Part shown: piece by piece, positions 1 to 11,432 of the stretch
Layout: the number at the start of each line of letters is the position of its first letter
Position numbering within the stretch: position 1 is the first letter of the stretch
Source: Octopus sinensis
Taxonomy: Eukaryota
Direction: 5' to 3'
DNA: 64,000 nt
Assembly (NCBI RefSeq): GCF_006345805.1
Contig: NC_042999.1
Location: forward strand, 8,618,001 to 8,682,000
Translations under genes and position numbers: made by a program
Notes under the pieces: model-generated
The model's input: only the letters and a program-made list of their open reading frames with translations
Told to the model about the DNA's origin: nothing
Database searches by the model: none

Positions 1-51
1 CCATGTAGTTGAGAATCAAGCCTCTTACCACACAGCCATGCTTGCACCTAT
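1..51 (-). mobile_element. SINE family A, tRNA-like head, cut by the window edge
   Basis: Reverse complement reads ATAGGTGCAAGCATGGCTGTGTGGTAAGAGG, matching the head of the full family-A copy at 9086. Confidence 0.6.
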
Positions 52-610
52 TATATAATTGTTATTTCAAAACCCTTCCTCTTCACTCATTTTCCTTTTT
101 TTTGTGTTGCTTTTCCATTTTTAAGATTTTTTTCTTCTTTGTTTTTCTTTCAACAGTTTCTAAAGTCCCTTCTGCAGCAACCATTATTTTTCCAGTGACC
201 ATGGGGTGGGATGGTGCCATGGTGTGGAGGAGTGGTGCTACTGATTCTTACTGTTAGGGCAGGGCTGGGTAAAGTGTTTGCTCATTTGCATATGATATTT
301 AGACATAAAGCAATTTCTCCTGCCATTCCCTAGAGTTCTGGTCGAAGGTGTTGTGGAAACTGGGGCCGGCTGCACGTTTTGCTGTCTCAGTTGGCCCTTA
401 TTAGATTAGTTTTCTAGCTTTTGCCAAATCTTTCTTGGAACTGTGTCTAAAAATTCTGTTTGTCCCATTTGGTGTTGAACCAAAGCAAGGTTTACATCAA
501 CACAGCTACAACGAGAGCAATATAGAGTAAAAGTTATTGTTGTTGTTACTACTCTTGCTGTCTTGAAAACTACCCGTTAGGCTGTTGTGTTTTTACTTAT
601 TTTAAAAATT

Positions 611-758
611 CTTTTTACTTGTTTCAGCCATTTGACTGCAGCCATACTGGAGCACTGCCTTTGGTTGAACAAATTGACCCTAGGACTTATTCTTTGTAAG
701 CCAAGTACTTATTCCATCGGTCTCTTTTGCTGAACCACTAAATTACGGGGACATAAAC
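611..758 (-). mobile_element. SINE family A, isolated 3' module
   Basis: TTACTTGTTTCAGCCATTTGACTGCAGCCATACTGGAGCACTGCC...TTACGGGGACATAAAC matches the 3' half of the other A copies. Confidence 0.8.
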
Positions 759-795
759 TTTCGGAATGAATGAATGAGAGATAGAGGAAGAGAGA

Positions 796-798
<3 letters not shown>

Positions 799-866
<68 letters not shown>
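799..866. repeat. (AG)n microsatellite
   Basis: Pure AG run. Confidence 0.95.
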
Positions 867-871
<5 letters not shown>

Positions 872-1440
872 AGAATTGACCCAAACATAAGATTTATGTT
901 TTATTGACCCTGGAAGGATAAAAAACAAAATCGACTCCAGCAGGATTTGAACCCCAACGTAAAGAAGACTGGAATGCTTCCTACAAAACAGTTTTTCCAA
1001 TACTTGAATGACTGTCAGTTGACCGTGTTGGAAGTAATTCTCTTGTAGACAAGAACTGAACTGAAAACCTGAGGAATTATGTTGACTTAGGATCATGTTG
1101 AATTAAAAGTATTACCGTAATTAAGGAATGTGACAATCATCCCCGTTTGTAATTAACACAAATGGAACGATGCAGAAACCCTCTCCCCCCCCCACACAAT
1201 AACGAGCTGACAGATTACCTATGAAGATAAACTTAGACACATTCCAGAGCACAACAGTACCCAGGTTTGTTGGGCAGGGTGTGGGGGGTGGGGGGTATTA
1301 TAACATTGAACAGGTTTCAACGTGTTTTTTTTTTGCAATCTGTTTAATTCCTTTTGATACGAGAAAGGAGACTCTTGGTGTAGTTCTTAAGTCTTTGGAT
1401 ATAATAATGCTAAAATAATACTTAACAACAACAACAACAA

Positions 1441-1695
1441 TAATAAGGGTTTCGAATTTTGGCACAAGGCCAGCAATTTTGGAGTGCAAATCAATTACAT
1501 TGGCTCTAGGACTCAACTGGATTTTTTTTTTTATTTTATCGACCTTGATAGGATGAAAGGCAAAGCTAATCTCTGTGGAATTTGAACTCAGGATGAAAGA
1601 AATGCTGCTTAGCAATTTGCCCAATGTGCTAATGATTCTGCCAGCTCACAGCCTTAACGATGATAATAATAATGATAATAATAATGATGATAATA

Positions 1696-1742
<47 letters not shown>

Positions 1743-3170
1743 AATAATAATAATAATCCTTTCTACTGAAAGAACAAGTCCGCAAATTTGGGGGAAGGGA
1801 TTAAGTTGATTACATTACCCCCAGTGCATAACTGGTACTTATTTAATCGACCCTGAAAGGATGAAAGGCAAAGTTGACCTTGGTGCAGAATGTAATGGCA
1901 GACGAAATACCACTAAGCATTTCATCTGGCGTGCTAATGATTCTGACAGTTCACCGTCTTAAATAATAATAATAATGATAATAATAATGGTTTGAAATTT
2001 TGCCCCAATGGCAGCTATTTTGGGGGAGGGGATGAGTTGATTATACATCGACACTCAGTGTTCAACTGGTATTTAATTTATTGACCCCGAAATGATGAAA
2101 GGTAAAGTTGACCTAAGCAGAATTTGAACTCACAACATTGGGACAGGCGAAATACCGCTAAGTATTTCATCCAGTGTGCTAACATTTCTGCCAGCTCACT
2201 GCCTTAATAATGATAATAATAATCCTTTCTATTAAAGGCACAAGCCCTGAAATTTGTGGGGTGGGGACTGGTCAATTACATCAACCCCAGTACGCAACTG
2301 GTACTTAATTTATCAACCCCGAAAGGATGAAAGGCAAAGCTGACCTGGGCAGAATTTAAACATAAAGCATAAAGATGTACAATCCTGTCTTAGCACATCT
2401 TGACATCATACAATCATAAAAAGGGGTTAAAAGAACATATCTGATATCTACCTCGGGTGTTTGGGTGGCACCCTGGGTGTAAGATGTACATACGACAGAT
2501 ATCAAGGAAAATTTACTTTACATGATAATAATTAAGGAGAATATTGAGGATAGCATGGACAGACAAAGGGTCTGGTGATGAAATGATGTGCCGGGCTGTG
2601 GTAAATAGGAAACTGATTTGTGAGATAAGGGCCAAGTAACTGAGATTTCTTGGTCATGTGATGAGGGTTTGGAGAATTTAGTGATGATTGGAAAGATTGA
2701 ATGGAGAAGAAGCAGAGGAAAGAGAATGATGATATGGATGTCAAGATTGAGGAATTGGTTGGAAGAAAGAGGCATCGAACATCAGGAAGAAGCAGAACTG
2801 TTTGTTACAGAATGCAGAGAACAGAGAATCGTGGTTGGACACGATCACTTGTGTCCTATATTCTGGACATCGCACCTAAACAATAATAATAATAATTCTT
2901 TGTATTAAAGGCACAAGGTCTGACATTTTTGGGGAGGGGGATCAGTCAATTACAGTGACCCAGGCACATAACTGGTACTTAATTTATTGACCCTAAACGG
3001 ATGAAAGGTAAAGTCGACCCCAGCAGCATTTGAACTCAGAACGTGATGACAGAAGAAATACCGCTAAGCATTTCACTCAGCATGCTAATGATTCTGCCAG
3101 CTCGCCGCCTTAAAGAATAATAATAATAATAACAATAATAGTTTCCTATTTTGGCCCAGAGCCAGCAATG
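1441..3170 (-). mobile_element. Chain of 5-6 older family-C SINEs (C2/C3 tails) separated by (AAT)/(GAT) runs
   Basis: Copies at about 1441-1655, 1752-1960, 1985-2205, 2221-2360 and 2895-3111, plus a tail at 3140-3170. The copies carry GGATGAAAGG(C/T)AAAG, mostly followed by GAATTTGAACTC (B box on the minus strand), and most end in CTGCCAGCTC.CCGCCTT. Confidence 0.8.
2535..2890 (+). pseudogene. RTE-clade (BovB-like) LINE, ORF2 C-terminus and (AAT)n tail
   Basis: Translates with a stop and frameshift as RRILRIAWTDK..NRKLICEIRAK*LRFLGHVMR / GLENLVMIGKIEWRRSRGKRM, matching the post-RT C-terminal motif of RTE LINEs (LKFLGHVMR..GLENL..GKIEG.R.RGR). Confidence 0.8.
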
Positions 3171-3439
3171 TTTTTTGTTTTTTCTGGTTATTTAATGAGA
3201 CATTTCTGCAGTGACAGATTTTGTCTTTCACCGTAGAATGTTATGGGTTATGGTTTTTATTGGCAATTTTTAAGTGGCACAACTCTTAGAAGCTCTGACT
3301 TTAAGTTAAAGAGCTTCAGTCTTGTCATAAACACCAGAATTGAAAACAGTGCTTCTCATCTCTTTACCATTCTTTTTTCCTTCGTAAGTTACTTGGTGAT
3401 CTCATTAGCGTTAGGTGAAGAATGCTCAGGACACCCTGT

Positions 3440-3582
3440 GTAGTGGTTGGCAATTAAGAAGGGCACCCACTCATGGGAAACCCTGCCAGGATAGACACTG
3501 GGGTTTGGTGCGGCCTCACTGTACCTCACTGGATCCTATCAAACTGTCAAATGCATGCCAGCATGAAAAATAAATGTTAAGT
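3440..3582 (+). mobile_element. Old, diverged copy of the family-D LINE 3' end
   Basis: GTAGTGGTTGGCAATTAAGAAGGGCACCC...CATGCCAGCATGAAAAATAAATGTTAAGTGATGAT parallels the D terminus GGTTGGCATTAGGAAGGGCATCC...CATGCTAGCATGG..GGACGTTAAACGATGAT. Confidence 0.55.
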
Positions 3583-3691
3583 GATGATGATGATGATGAT
3601 GATGAAGATGAGGATGATTATAATGATGATAATGATGATGATGATGATGATGAAGATGAGGATGATTATAATGATGATAATGATGATGATG

Positions 3692-3722
<31 letters not shown>

Positions 3723-3902
3723 AGATGAAGATGAAGATGAAGGTGAGGATGATGATAATGATGATGATGATGATGATGATGGTGGTGATGATGATGATGG
3801 TGGTGACGACGACGACGATGATGATGATGATTATGATGATGAGGATGATGATGATGACGACAACGACAATGATGATGACGATGATGATGATGAAGATGAA
3901 GA

Positions 3903-3947
<45 letters not shown>

Positions 3948-3991
3948 ATGATGATGATGATGAAGATGAAGACGAGGATGATGATAATGAC

Positions 3992-4052
<61 letters not shown>
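3582..4052. repeat. Compound (GAT)n array of about 470 bp
   Basis: GAT with GAA/GAC/GGT/AAT variants; a 48-bp sub-block is repeated at about 3601 and 3649. Confidence 0.95.
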
Positions 4053-4203
4053 CTGGCTATCTGAACAGAACTCTTGCAATATCATTAAGTTTAAAAATAG
4101 ACCACGTAGAAGAAGAGCCAGAATCCCTCCGAGCAACAATAAACAGTTGTGTCAATCAATTCTAACCAAACATGAATAAGCATCAATGACACGAGCTTGA
4201 GAT

Positions 4204-4779
4204 AACACACACACACACACATCACACACGCACACACATACACATACACATAAACATGCACACATACACACGCAAACACACACACACACACAAGCATGTG
4301 CCTCCACATACATGCTCACACATACCTACCCACACAAATACAACCACACACAAACATTCATTTACACACACATGCACACACACATACACACACACGCAGA
4401 CACATGCACATACACGCACACACACACACACATGTGCCTCCACATACAAGCCCACTCATACCCACCCACACAAATACACACATACACACACGTACACACA
4501 CATGCATACACGCATACACACACATGCACACATGCACACACACACACACATGCACACATGCACACATGCATGCACACACATGCACACGTGTGTGCACACA
4601 TGCACATGCACACATGCACATGCACACATGTACACATATGCACACATGCACACACATGCACGCATGCATGCAGACACATGCACACACACACATATACACA
4701 CATGCATGCACACACATGCACACATACATGTGCCTCCAAATACATACCCACACACACACCCACACACACACACACACAG
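4204..4779. repeat. (CA)n/(CACATG)n compound repeat
   Basis: Visible directly; contains an internal duplicated block CATGTGCCTCCA at about 4276, 4431 and 4727. Confidence 0.95.
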
Positions 4780-5695
4780 AGCTTAGTGACAGCACAGCAG
4801 TTTCCCATTCAAACTCCCCCCCCCTTTATGGAGATCATTAAATATAAGTGAGCAAGGCCCACAATGGAAGTTGCGCATTCCTCTTTTCACAAAAACCAAA
4901 ACGAAAATCATTATTTTCGCTCGTATTCATCCTCATCTCAGACACGACTAACGATATACATCACTCTCTGTTCTGCCGCAGTAATTGGTTTCTAAGACTG
5001 CACAGTTTTTTTCTTTTTTTTTTTTCAAATAATTCTTTCATATCTTAAATTATTCAGTTTATTATATTTATTTATTTATTATAATTATCGTTAGTGTTGT
5101 TGTTTTGGTTAATGGTAAGTACTTAACGGCCGCTATATTTGGCAATAAACAGTAGCTGGATACAATTGCTACTAATAACAATTGTTGCTACCAACCAACC
5201 AACCAAACAACCAACTTGCTAACCAACCAGTTCACTAAGCAGCCAGCTTATTCGTTACCTGAAAGGTAAGTATTATAGGTAACCTCCCATAGAGGTTTCT
5301 ATCATTCATTAATAATTGCCTCATATAAAAGGAGGGGAGTGGCAGAGACAATAGAGAACTAAAATCAATACTTATAGATTTAGTCTCAAGGGTTTTAAGT
5401 TCAAATCCTATTCATGTTTTTTTTTTTTTTTTCCTTTTGAAACAGGAATATAATCAGTCAATTTTTGTCCCTTTTCTAGAAAGTTTTAGTCACCTGACCA
5501 TGGAACAAAAAGCACAAATTAGTATTTCCATAAACCTCAATGTAGTCACACACTTTGCTTGAAATAGCAGCCAAATCACCCAGATAGCGTTTTGTACTTT
5601 CTTAACATAAGAAGGACATATTGGAGAGGGGATTTGTGAATATGTTTTTCTTAGAAAAGAAGAAAGGTTGGCTCCAACTGGACATCTCTTCAATT

Positions 5696-6010
5696 ATAGG
5701 TGCAGGTGTGGCATGCATACAGGTGTAGTGGTGTGGTAAAAAGATTTAGTTCCCAACCACATGGTTTCGGGTTCAATCCCACTGTACTGCAATTTGGAGA
5801 AATGTCTTTTCATATAGCCATGTAGAAACATTGCCAAATTAGACTGGAGCCTGGTGCAGCCTTCTGGCTTCCCAGAACCCCGGTCGAACCGTCCAACCCA
5901 TGCTAGCATGGAGAACGGACGTTAAACGACGATGATGATGATGATGATGGGCTGACCAAAGCCTTGTAAACAGATATGGTAGATGAAAATTGAAAGAAGC
6001 CCATCGTATC
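5696..6010 (+). mobile_element. SINE family A, left module, interrupted by a family-D fragment
   Basis: Head ATAGGTGCAGG..GGTTCAATCCC. The consensus TATAGCC/GGGCCGACCAAAGCC is split at 5820/5949. Confidence 0.8.
5821..5948 (+). mobile_element. 5'-truncated family-D LINE 3' end with (GAT)n tail
   Basis: TGTAGAAACATTGCC...GGACGTTAAACGACGATGATGAT is the same family sequence as the minus-strand D copies. Confidence 0.85.
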
Positions 6011-6082
6011 TATCCTTCCATCCATCTATATATATATATATATATTATATATATATATATATATATATGATATATATATATA

Positions 6083-6390
6083 TGGAGGCGCAATGGCCTA
6101 GTGGTTAGGGCAGTGGACTTGTGGTCGTAGGATCGCGGTTTCGATTCCCAGACCGGGCGTTGTGAGTGTTTATTGAGCGAAAACACCTAAAAGCTCCATG
6201 AGGCTCCGGCAGGGGGTGGTGGCGATCCCTGCTGTACTCTTTCGCCACAACTTTCTCTCACTCTTTCTTCTGTTGGCCTGCTTTCTTAGCCAGCGGGGTG
6301 GCGTCACTTGAAGGCTAAAACAATGTGAAGCGCATTGTGACCAGCGATGTGTAACAACATCTGATGGCGTGGTCGGTCACAGTGATCACA

Positions 6391-6395
<5 letters not shown>
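6083..6395 (+). mobile_element. SINE family B, tail type 2 (candidate octopus OR-type tRNA-derived SINE)
   Basis: A box TGGCCTAGTGG and B-box-like GGTTTCGATTCCC; shares the B body and ends GTGTAACAACATCTGATGG..CACAGTGAT. Confidence 0.85.
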
Positions 6396-6430
<35 letters not shown>

Positions 6431-6431
6431 C

Positions 6432-7190
6432 CTCATCATATCATCATCATCGTTTAACGGCCATTTTCCATGCTGGCATGGGTTGGACAGTTTGACTAGG
6501 GGTCTGGGAAGCCAGGAGACTGCACCAGGCCCCAATCTGATCTGGCAGTGTTTCTACAGCTGGATGCCCTTCCTAATGCCAACCACTCCGAGAGTGTAGT
6601 GGGTGCTTTTTATGTGCCATTGGCACAGGGGCCAGAGGGGGCTGGTATCGACCATGATTGGATGGTACTTTTTACATGCTACAAGCATGGGAGCCAGTCA
6701 AGGCAGTGTTGGCATCGGCCACATTTGAATGGTGCCTTTTACATGCTACTAGCACAGGAGCCAGTCGGGGTTAGGGGGCAGGCATTGACCATGTTCAGAT
6801 GGTGCTTTTTACGTGCCACCAGCACGGAGGCCACAACTACAATTTCCATTTGATTGTAATTTGATTTGATTTTGATTTTGATGTACTTGACTCAATAGGT
6901 CTCCTCAAGCATGGGATGTCACCCTACGATCCAAGGTACTTTTTGAGTGGGCTGGTTATGCAACACTGGTGTAGGTTACAGTTGTGGACTCACTTTATTT
7001 GCTGGGTCTTCTCAGTTACAGCATAATTCCAGTGGCCCCAGTCTTTCGTCATTGTCTCTGTGAGGCTCAACATTCAAAGGTCATGCTTCACCACTTCATC
7101 CCATGTCTTCCTGGGTCTACCTCTACCCCTGGATTCCTTCCACTGTTAGGGAGTGGCAAGCAATTGACTTGCTCCCTCCACCAAACTTGC
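6432..7190 (-). mobile_element. RTE-clade LINE 3' end (family D): ORF2 C-terminus, long 3' UTR and (GAT)n tail
   Basis: The minus strand at about 7135-6990 reads GRGRPRKTWDEVVKHDL*MLSLTETMTKDWGHWNYAVTEKTQQIK*, typical of the RTE C-terminal GRPRKTW motif, and runs on into the D UTR. Confidence 0.8.
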
Positions 7191-7767
7191 TGGCCTTGTG
7201 CCAAACTTAGAAGTGAATATTCTAGAAAATGATGTCGGGGAACCAAATTAGAACCAAATTTCCTAGCAAAGGCCAAACTCGTTAACTCCCAATGAAACAA
7301 AACCATAAACTGGCCACAACGATTGGTCGAAGCTATTTTATTTGATTTGCATAACTAATTCTTCTGCAAAAGGAATGGACATTCCAAATGTTGTTAAGCC
7401 ATTTTCTGAAGTTAATGAGACTAATTCTGACCGAAAGACGTTAATAGTTTGCAGGCAATCAAGCATTTGATGCTGGGGCCTGTTATTTATGGTCATCACA
7501 CACTATTCAAACTTGGGAATTTGTCCCAAGTTTTTAACAATGGTCTCTGACTTAAGCAGCAACCACTCAACTCATTGAAAAACAGACTAAGTTGGAAGAC
7601 TGAGAGAATGGCTCAATGGGGATTGTCAAAGAATGAGAAACTAATGGATTAGATAGGAGAAGGATGAATAACTTTACTCATTAATTAATAACTAATTAAT
7701 GACAAATTCCAAACGGAATTGATTATGAGAACATTGTTCGAGAATAATTGTTCAAAAACAATTGTTC

Positions 7768-8100
7768 ATCATCATCATCATCATCGTTTAACGTCCGTTT
7801 TTCCATGATAGCATGGGTTGGATGGTTTGACAGGGGTCTGTGAAGCCAGGAGACTGCACCAGGTTCCAGTCTGATCTGGCAGTGTTTCTACAGCTGGATG
7901 CCCTTCCTAATGCCAACCACTCTGTGAGTGTAGTGGGTGCTTTTTATGTGCCACCGGCACAGGTGCCAGGGGAGGCTACTAGCAACGGACATGATCGGTT
8001 GGTGCTTTTTATGTGCCACCGGCACAGAAGCCAGTCGAGGCAGCGCTGGCATCGGTCATATACGGTGGTGCTTTTTACATGCCACCGGCACAGGTATCGT
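7768..8100 (-). mobile_element. 5'-truncated family-D copy
   Basis: D terminus with about 65-bp internal repeats; 12-bp TSD AAACAATT(G/A)TTC at 7756-7767 and 8101-8112. Confidence 0.85.
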
Positions 8101-8619
8101 AAACAATTATTCGAAAAACATTTATTCGAATGGAAATTGTATGAATGAAAATTAGTCAAAAGGACGATTATACAAAACGTTAATCATTCTAAATTCTTTT
8201 ATTTTATTTAAACAAAACTGATAAAATTAAAAATCAAGTACACAAATGATATTTATTTAAAAAAACTATTTTTCAAATAATTGTTTTCGAACAATTTCCA
8301 TGATACGCAGAAAATAAATGTGAGAGCTTTCATTTTTCTTTTCTGTCGTGGGCCATTTTATGAGTCCTTTTCTTAGGAGAGAAATATTTAGGATAAATAC
8401 CCGCATGCATATGTTAAGTAAAATAATGAGATTTAGAGAAATCAATGTTTTTGTAGTCTGGAAACCATACGTTATTTGGATCTTTTGGAGGATTCTTGAG
8501 AGAAAAACTAAAAACCACCAAGATTAATTTATTTTCAAATCCATCTTCACAGGCACCTGAAATCCATGGTTAAGATTAATTAATATTATAAAAACCTCAT
8601 TATGACTGTTGATCCATGG

Positions 8620-8812
8620 AATTGTTGAGTGGTATCTAAGAGATCGGAAAGATCCACTTGGAAGGCCTCCACGACAATGGAAAGACGATTTAGTTGAGCA
8701 ATTTGGATTAAGATGGAACAGATTGGTCTAATCAAGACAGAATTAGAAGCACATTGTGAACAGTGGTGTGTAACAGCATCTGATGGTCTGGTTGATACTG
8801 TGATACTGCGGT
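8620..8812 (+). pseudogene. 3' end of a second RTE-clade LINE, carrying the SINE-B2 tail
   Basis: VEWYLRDRKDPLGRPPRQWKDDLVEQFGLRWNRLV*SRQN*KHIVNSGV* resembles the RTE motif W.PRD.KRP.GRPP.RW.D, followed by a UTR matching the B2 tail. Confidence 0.75.
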
Positions 8813-9085
8813 ATCTGTTAACACTAAGTGTAGTATTGAATGATATGGCAATATATTTGATGTGATTGATTTAAAATAGGGCCCTGATGCAAGGGCTTCT
8901 GTCAGAGTCTAAGCTCATAAGAGAGAATGAGACCAGCTTTGCATGCTAAGAGCTAAGTGAAATGCTTTTGATGAAAGCTATAGCATAGCTGAAACAACAT
9001 GTGTACACACACACATGTCATGAGCCCTACAATCTCAGCCTGCTGCACCTCACAGAATTTGGGTTGTTGTCGTTAAAAACTTACC

Positions 9086-9260
9086 ATAGGCGCAGGAGTG
9101 GCTGTGTAGTAAGTAGCTTGCTAACCAACCACATGGTTCCGGGTTCAGTCCCACTGCGTGGCATCTTGGGCAAATGTCTTCTGCTATAGCCCTTTTCCCA
9201 AGGCCAACCAAAGCATTGTGAGTGGATTTGGTAGACGGAAACTGAAAGAAGCCTGTTGTA

Positions 9261-9317
<57 letters not shown>

Positions 9318-9515
9318 CTGTGTTTGTCCCCCTAGCATTGCTTGACAACCGATGCTGGTGTGTTTACGTCCCCGTCACTTAGTGGTTCGGCAAAAAGAGA
9401 CCGATAGAATAAGTACTGGGCTTACAAAGAATAAGTCCCGGGGTCGATTTGCTCGACTAAAAGGCGGTGCTCCAGCATGGCCGCAGTCAAATGACTGAAA
9501 CAAGTAAAAGAGAGT
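9086..9515 (+). mobile_element. SINE family A, full-length (tRNA head, CORE-like segment, internal (TA)n(TG)n, 3' module)
   Basis: A box TGGCTGTGTAG, B box GGTTCAGTCCC, CORE-like CTTGGGCAAATGTCTT, and end ACAAGTAAAAGAG. Confidence 0.9.
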
Positions 9516-11344
9516 ATACTAACCTGCCCGCAATTGGCCCTGGTTCTAGGATATAGACAAGCTGTTTTAAAGGGGATCTAGCAATGCATTGTGTCCTTGA
9601 GCAAGACCCCTCATTGCACACTGCTCCAGCCTATTCCACTGAAAACGCTGGCACAGTGCTCCCTCCACCTGCCAAATCCTCGATGTTCTGCTGGGTCAAT
9701 GACGTGAGAACCAAGACGGTACCTGTGTTCACTCTCAACCACATAAGCACACAAACCAACCCCTAAAACCCTGGTCCATGCTCCCAGATCATACTTGCCT
9801 CATGAGCGAAGGCCAAGCTTTGAAACCATCCAACATTTGGAGAAGTTACACTCTATTGCTATTCGTTTTGTAGCAACTTTGTGCAAGAGTGGTTTGCACG
9901 AATAAAAATCGATATTCTGTTAATACAGCTGGGGTTAAATCACAATTTATTATGTAAATATTATCACAGTTGTTGCTTTTAATGTTTTTTTTTGTATTTG
10001 TATTTCTCATTAACTCTGAGATCTTAATCAGCTGATACTTATTTATTTTGTATTTTATTTATATCTCACTTTATTCACTTATTTGCATTACTATTTAGTT
10101 TTGAAAATACTATGAAAGACGTCTAACCGACTTTTATTAAGGATTTAAGAGTTGTCACTGTTTGGTGAATGACGGCTAAGTTGACATAGTGTAATAACCA
10201 AAATGTCTGTGATGATTCCTGTATCATTCATCGAAGAGAGATTCGTGGATTTCTAAATAAAACAAATATCTTGAAAGTCTCCAGGGACTTTTAAAAACGC
10301 TGCAGTTTTTCTCAGGTTTTATAAAATTTAGTAAATGGAAGATAAATTTCTCACTAGGTGGAATGCCAACCTATCTCAGGTCATAGTTCCAGACAATTTG
10401 ATACATATTCCTAACAATTAAATGAACTGAAGCACAAAGAATTAAGTGTGATGACCAAAGACATAACCAAATAAAATGCCTGAAGTGAAGAATTTCAATT
10501 GATGCTCTGGGAGTTGGGAGTAGAATGTTATAGACTTTCAACCATTTTTCTTCTCTGTTTGAAAAAGTAACATTTCACAGAAGATAAAAGAGAATTGGAA
10601 ATAATAAAAGGGAAAAAGAATAGGAAAAAATAAATAGAGAATAAAATAAGGCAAATAACAGAATAGAGAAATTGAATGAAAAATATTTTTGTAAAGTAGA
10701 AGAGAAAATATGTAAAACCATTGGAAGGGGAAAAAAGTTTATGCAGTCGAGAGAAAATATTAAGAGAAATGGTTCAAGACGTTGAATGAAGAAAGAATAA
10801 TAGAATGGATCAAAGAAAGACAAAGAAAGGAGAGACAGAATGAAAAAAGAAAAGGAAAGAATGGAAACAGTAATGAATAAGGATATATATCTAAGAGTAA
10901 AAGAGAAAGATATAGAAATCTAAATTTCTGCAAAGTCCCAAAGGAATTTTAAGAAGTGGAGCTTATCTCTTCGTTCTATGATTATAAATGGCCAAGAGAT
11001 AAATCTTTGCATCTTGTGTCTGTAGTGCCAATGTATCATTGGTAACATTCGTAGATTATCTGAAAGCTTTCCCAATAGCTATGCGAACTGAAATATAGAG
11101 AATTAATTGTACTGTACAGCTACATAAGAAAATGCCTGCAGTGGGTCTGAATTTAAGACAGATCAATCCTCTCATCCATTCTGTATTCTTAGAAATTTCC
11201 TGATCAAAATAAACTGCTTTTTTTTCTAAACTGTGCAGCAGAAACGCAACAGCACAGCATCAGAAATGTCTGACTTTACAACTTGGTTTATTATCCAAAG
11301 ATTTAAGAATCTTCAGCATCATGGATTGAAAAATATCATTTTTG

Positions 11345-11352
11345 ATTGTTGC

Positions 11353-11432
<80 letters not shown>

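Noticed and set aside
280-296. Octamer ATTTGCAT site
   Set aside because: A single 8-mer is expected by chance in 64 kb of AT-rich DNA, with no supporting promoter context.
3574-4165. Poly-Asp, poly-Met and poly-His ORFs
   Set aside because: Translations of the (GAT)n array; the short unique C-terminal extension has no recognisable homology or splice context.
4222-4851. His/Thr- and Cys/Val-rich ORFs suggesting metal-binding proteins
   Set aside because: Artefacts of (CA)n/(CACATG)n; the same applies to ORFs at 20.9-21.5, 55.0-57.5 and 62.0-62.3 kb.
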